Virus record (IMG/VR): IMGVR_UViG_3300011977_000007
Span: 1 to 64,000 of that record
Source: a virus
Lineage: Duplodnaviria > Caudoviricetes
Reading direction: 5' to 3' (one strand)
DNA length: 64,000 nucleotides
Both the position numbers and the translations under genes were made by a program. Below, one piece after another: positions 60,828 to 64,000 of this stretch (position 1 is the stretch's first letter; every line of letters begins with the position of its first letter). The notes beneath the pieces were generated by a model. That model did not search any database. It saw only the letters and a list, made by a program, of their open reading frames with translations, and was not told where the DNA came from.

Positions 60828-60892
60828 TACATAATAGGGTGGTGTTTTACCACCCTATATATTTTTAAATTTATGAAGGGAGATGATTTATA

Positions 60893-61545
60893 ATGGGAAT
60901 TAATGCTCCAAAGCACGTAATACGAAAGCCTAAGCACATTACAAATCCGAAAGACATAGAATATATATTGTCCTTAACAGAGGATGAGGCTGCAGCTAAA
61001 AATACGATAATGGATTTATTTGCCGATTTTGGAGACGGCCCAAGATTTAATACTTATGATATTATAGAAATTCCTAAGGGATCTTATGGTAAAACTAAGA
61101 AGAATAAAAATCAATTTACAACTACAGTTGGATTATATGTATTTAATAAAGGCTGCATAGAAGATATGTCTGATGTACTGGGATATATTAATGAGCCTAT
61201 TACTGCTGATAAGTATGATGAAATAAATGAATTAGTATCATATGCTAAATTGGAAGATAAGATCACTGTACAGCAGTTGAAAGATTTTATAATACAATCT
61301 CAGATTTATATGTCTTGTACTTCAGCATTATCACCATCTCATACAATGGTTCTTCTTTTAATCTCAGATAAAATTGAGGCTAGAAAGAAACAATTATTAA
61401 AAGATAAGTATGGCGAGGCTATAAAGAAGAAAGATATTAAAGCAATGGATGCTCTTGATAAAGAACTTCTTGATTATGCAAAGGAATTATTAAAAGATGA
61501 TCCATCTGTTGATATGTTTAATTCTGGTGCTCGTTCATCATGGGG
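60893..61545 (+). CDS. rpoC: Split multisubunit RNA polymerase beta-prime C-terminal subunit, exon 1
   Basis: TTTVGLYVFN and MFNSGARSSW match beta-prime TTxGRxxFN and SGARGS. Confidence 0.82.
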
Positions 61546-62025
61546 TAAAATTACTCAGCATATATAGTAATATGTGTGTTTCAATGGGGTTAATTGCAGG
61601 TAATACCTAAAGGCCTTACGCCAAAACGGAATTTGAAAAAATAAACGGTATGGTACGAAAGTAGAAAAAACGTAAGGATGCAATAAGCTGAAATAAAATT
61701 CTATTATAAATTATAATAGATGCTAAGTTGTAATAACAAGGGTTGTTCATGCAGCGAAATACCTAAGTCTATATAGATATGGTAAACGTTCAACGACTAG
61801 CCGATGACGTCGGCGGCTTTGCCTTAATGTAAAACCACAAGTTAATGGTGGAAGAAAAATCCCAGCCCTATAAATATAGGGATGACAAATAGTCTCTGCT
61901 ACTACTTAATCGTAGTGACAACTTGAAATAATATAAGTTGTGTATATAGAGTTGCGTCTATATATAAAGATATAAAAATTATATAATATAAAAATTAAAT
62001 ATAGGTAGATAATTACAATTCTCAA

Positions 62026-62037
62026 AACACTTCATTA
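62026..62037 (+). promoter_or_regulatory. Late promoter motif inside the intron, upstream of tnpB
   Basis: AACActtcatTA. Confidence 0.55.
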
Positions 62038-62052
62038 AATCTGTAATGAAAG

Positions 62053-63315
62053 GTGGTGAGGATCGTGAGTAAAATAAATAACAATAAGCAATATTATAAA
62101 GGTCATAAATATAAAATATACCCAACTGAGGAACAAAAACAAAAGTTGGATAAATTTATAAATCTTTATAGGTACGTTTATAATTGGGCTCTTGCTAAAG
62201 AACAAGAGATATATGAATCTTATAAAAATGGTGAAAGTGAAAAATCATTTTATACTTTCTTTGATTTGTCAAAAATATTTGTACAATATAGAAATTCGCC
62301 TGAAAATAAATGGTTATTAGAATTACCCAACGGTACTGCATGTAATGCGATAAATGAATTGGTTACTGCATATACAAGGTTTTTTAATAATATTAGTGGG
62401 TATCCTAAATTTAAATCTAAGAAAAATTCTAAAAAATCATTTACAACTAGAAATGATAGATTTTATATAGATAAAAATACTGTAAAAATAGAAGGATTAG
62501 ATCTAAATGATAGAATTCAATTAGGGTTTGATTCTGAATATAATAAAGATTCTGTTCATCATAATACAGTTATATCTAAGGATACTATAGGTGATTATTA
62601 TGTGTCATTTTGTACTATTGAAGAAAAAATAGAAATTGATAATTCTGATGGTGGGGTAATAGGTATTGATTTGGGAGTTAGAAATACATTAACAACATCT
62701 GTACCTATTGAAGGTGAATATTTTCATCATCAACCATTTAATAAGATTAGTAAATTAAAACGTAATATATCTAAATTACAAGTTAAAGTATCTCACGATC
62801 AATTACGTAGACTTAATGAAGCAAAACGTACGAAAACCAAGTACGAAGACATACCTAAAAGTAAACGAGAAATTAAGAGAGAAAAAATAATAAATAAGAA
62901 ATACATTAAGATTCATAATATTAAAAATACATATTATGATACTATTATTAAACGTATTATGGATACTAAGCCTAAGGCTGTTGTAATGGAAACTTTTGAA
63001 TATAATAAAATCATACATTCACAAAAATATATGACTAAATATATGGTTGATACTTCATTTTATGATATTACTCAAAAAACAAAGTATCAATGTAATAAAA
63101 GAAATATTCCATTTATTCAGGCACCAGTGCAATATGCATCATCCCAAATATGTAGTAATTGTGGAAATAGGATTAAAATAGGTAATAAAAAGATTTATAG
63201 ATGCCCTATATGTGGTAATACGTTAGATAGAGATCTTAATGCTGCTTATAATCTCGAAGATTTTTATTATGACTATACTGGTACTAATAGATTAGTTGCT
63301 GTAAGTATAGCGTAA
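62053..63315 (+). CDS. tnpB: TnpB RNA-guided endonuclease (start may be GTG 62065)
   Basis: KIYPTEEQ HTH, PKFKSKK, GIDLG (D), VMET (E), CSNCG/CPICG zinc finger, DRDLNAAYNL (D). Confidence 0.93.
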   Translation: MVRIVSKINNNKQYYKGHKYKIYPTEEQKQKLDKFINLYRYVYNWALAKEQEIYESYKNGESEKSFYTFFDLSKIFVQYRNSPENKWLLELPNGTACNAINELVTAYTRFFNNISGYPKFKSKKNSKKSFTTRNDRFYIDKNTVKIEGLDLNDRIQLGFDSEYNKDSVHHNTVISKDTIGDYYVSFCTIEEKIEIDNSDGGVIGIDLGVRNTLTTSVPIEGEYFHHQPFNKISKLKRNISKLQVKVSHDQLRRLNEAKRTKTKYEDIPKSKREIKREKIINKKYIKIHNIKNTYYDTIIKRIMDTKPKAVVMETFEYNKIIHSQKYMTKYMVDTSFYDITQKTKYQCNKRNIPFIQAPVQYASSQICSNCGNRIKIGNKKIYRCPICGNTLDRDLNAAYNLEDFYYDYTGTNRLVAVSIA

Positions 63316-63548
63316 TTCGTTTACACATTATTTAGGTTAAATAATGAATTTTAATGTACCGAGTTTTACTGTTCTCGGGATGTTAAGATCATTGAGAATT
63401 GTAAGTATATATCATTTATAAGCCCAACCAGCTTAACGTGTGGTATTCACACGGTTGATATATGAATTATGATTTGTTGATATGATAAGTAAATCATAAT
63501 TATATATTTACCTTTATAGGTTTACATATTATATGATTTTAAATACAG
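63316..63548 (+). ncRNA. Putative omegaRNA scaffold / element right end
   Basis: 233-nt non-coding stretch after tnpB with hairpins CCGAG..CTCGG and AATTATGATTT..AAATCATAATT; position expected for omegaRNA. Confidence 0.55.
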
Positions 63549-64000
63549 TAACAATTTTAAAAACATGTATGTTTCTCGTGGTACTGTTAAATTGACCGAT
63601 GGATCATTTGATATGGTTACTTCATCATATATATCTGGCCTATCAAAAGAAGATCTTGTTAAAGCAAATGATGCTGCTGTTGGTGGTCCTTATAGCCGTG
63701 CTGTAAAAACTAAAGAGGGTGGATATAATGAAAAGAAAATTCTCTATGGATTACAGCATGTAAAAGTATTACCTAAAGGATCTGATTGTGGAACTAATAG
63801 AACTATAGATGTGACTCTTACTAAAAAGAATATTAAGAATTGGATGTATAGTTTTGTTAAACAAGGATCTAATTTAATAGAAATTACATCTGATACTAAA
63901 GATAAATTTATTGGAAAAACTGTTAAAATGAGATATTTCTCATTATGTGAATCTAAAAATGGAATATGCGAAAAATGTGCCGGAACCTTATTTAATCGTT
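63549..64000 (+). CDS. rpoC: RNA polymerase beta-prime C-terminal subunit, exon 2 (runs off window)
   Basis: Hand translation: bridge-helix-like SRAVKTKEGGYNEKK, SDCGT, Zn site RYFSLCESKNGICEKCAG. Confidence 0.85.

Larger units (their letters stand above)
61546..63548 (+). mobile_element. IStron-like element: group I intron + tnpB + omegaRNA-like 3' region, no transposase (2003 nt)
   Basis: Core AAUUGCAGG, AUGCAGC, GUUCAACGACUA (about 61788), AAAUAGUCU (about 61887); removal restores SGARSSWGNNFKNMYVSRG. Confidence 0.85.

Noticed and set aside
634-63018. Short antisense/overlapping ORFs in the track (e.g. 634-957, 11091-11405, 24618-25100, 56619-56960)
   Set aside because: Shadows of well-supported genes, without SD or motifs.
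63511-63548. Alternative 3' splice site at G63519 keeping a canonical U 5' site
   Set aside because: Would insert 10 residues (VYILYDFKYS) into the conserved SGAR...RG spacing of beta-prime.
1-64000. Stop-codon reassignment explaining the broken ORFs
   Set aside because: Long genes are intact in the standard code and end in TAA, TAG and TGA; breaks are explained by introns or G tracts.

Overview
AT-rich segment of a jumbo bacteriophage resembling the AR9/PBS1 (phiKZ-related) group; host probably a Firmicute (strong AGGAGG Shine-Dalgarno sites, CHAP endolysin, XkdW/XkdX-like genes). About 1-25 kb, mostly minus strand, is replication/early-type: gyrA, gyrB, Dda/RecD-like helicase, DnaB, SbcD, thymidylate kinase and a PD-(D/E)XK nuclease. 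gyrB is split by four related group I introns, with an 18-nt micro-exon and one HNH-AP2 homing endonuclease. About 25-59 kb, mostly plus strand, is a late virion/tail-fibre region driven by a recurrent AACA-N6-TA motif. It shows three apparent receptor-diversification layers: four beta-propeller-like genes each frameshifted at a G11-G14 tract after codon 9, a C-type-lectin-like protein ending in a DGR-like variable repeat, and extensive domain shuffling. The window ends in a split RNA polymerase beta-prime gene interrupted by a 2003-nt group I intron carrying an intact TnpB, no transposase, and its own late promoter motif, a candidate RNA-guided homing intron (IStron). All family calls come from motif recognition by eye; no database search was run.
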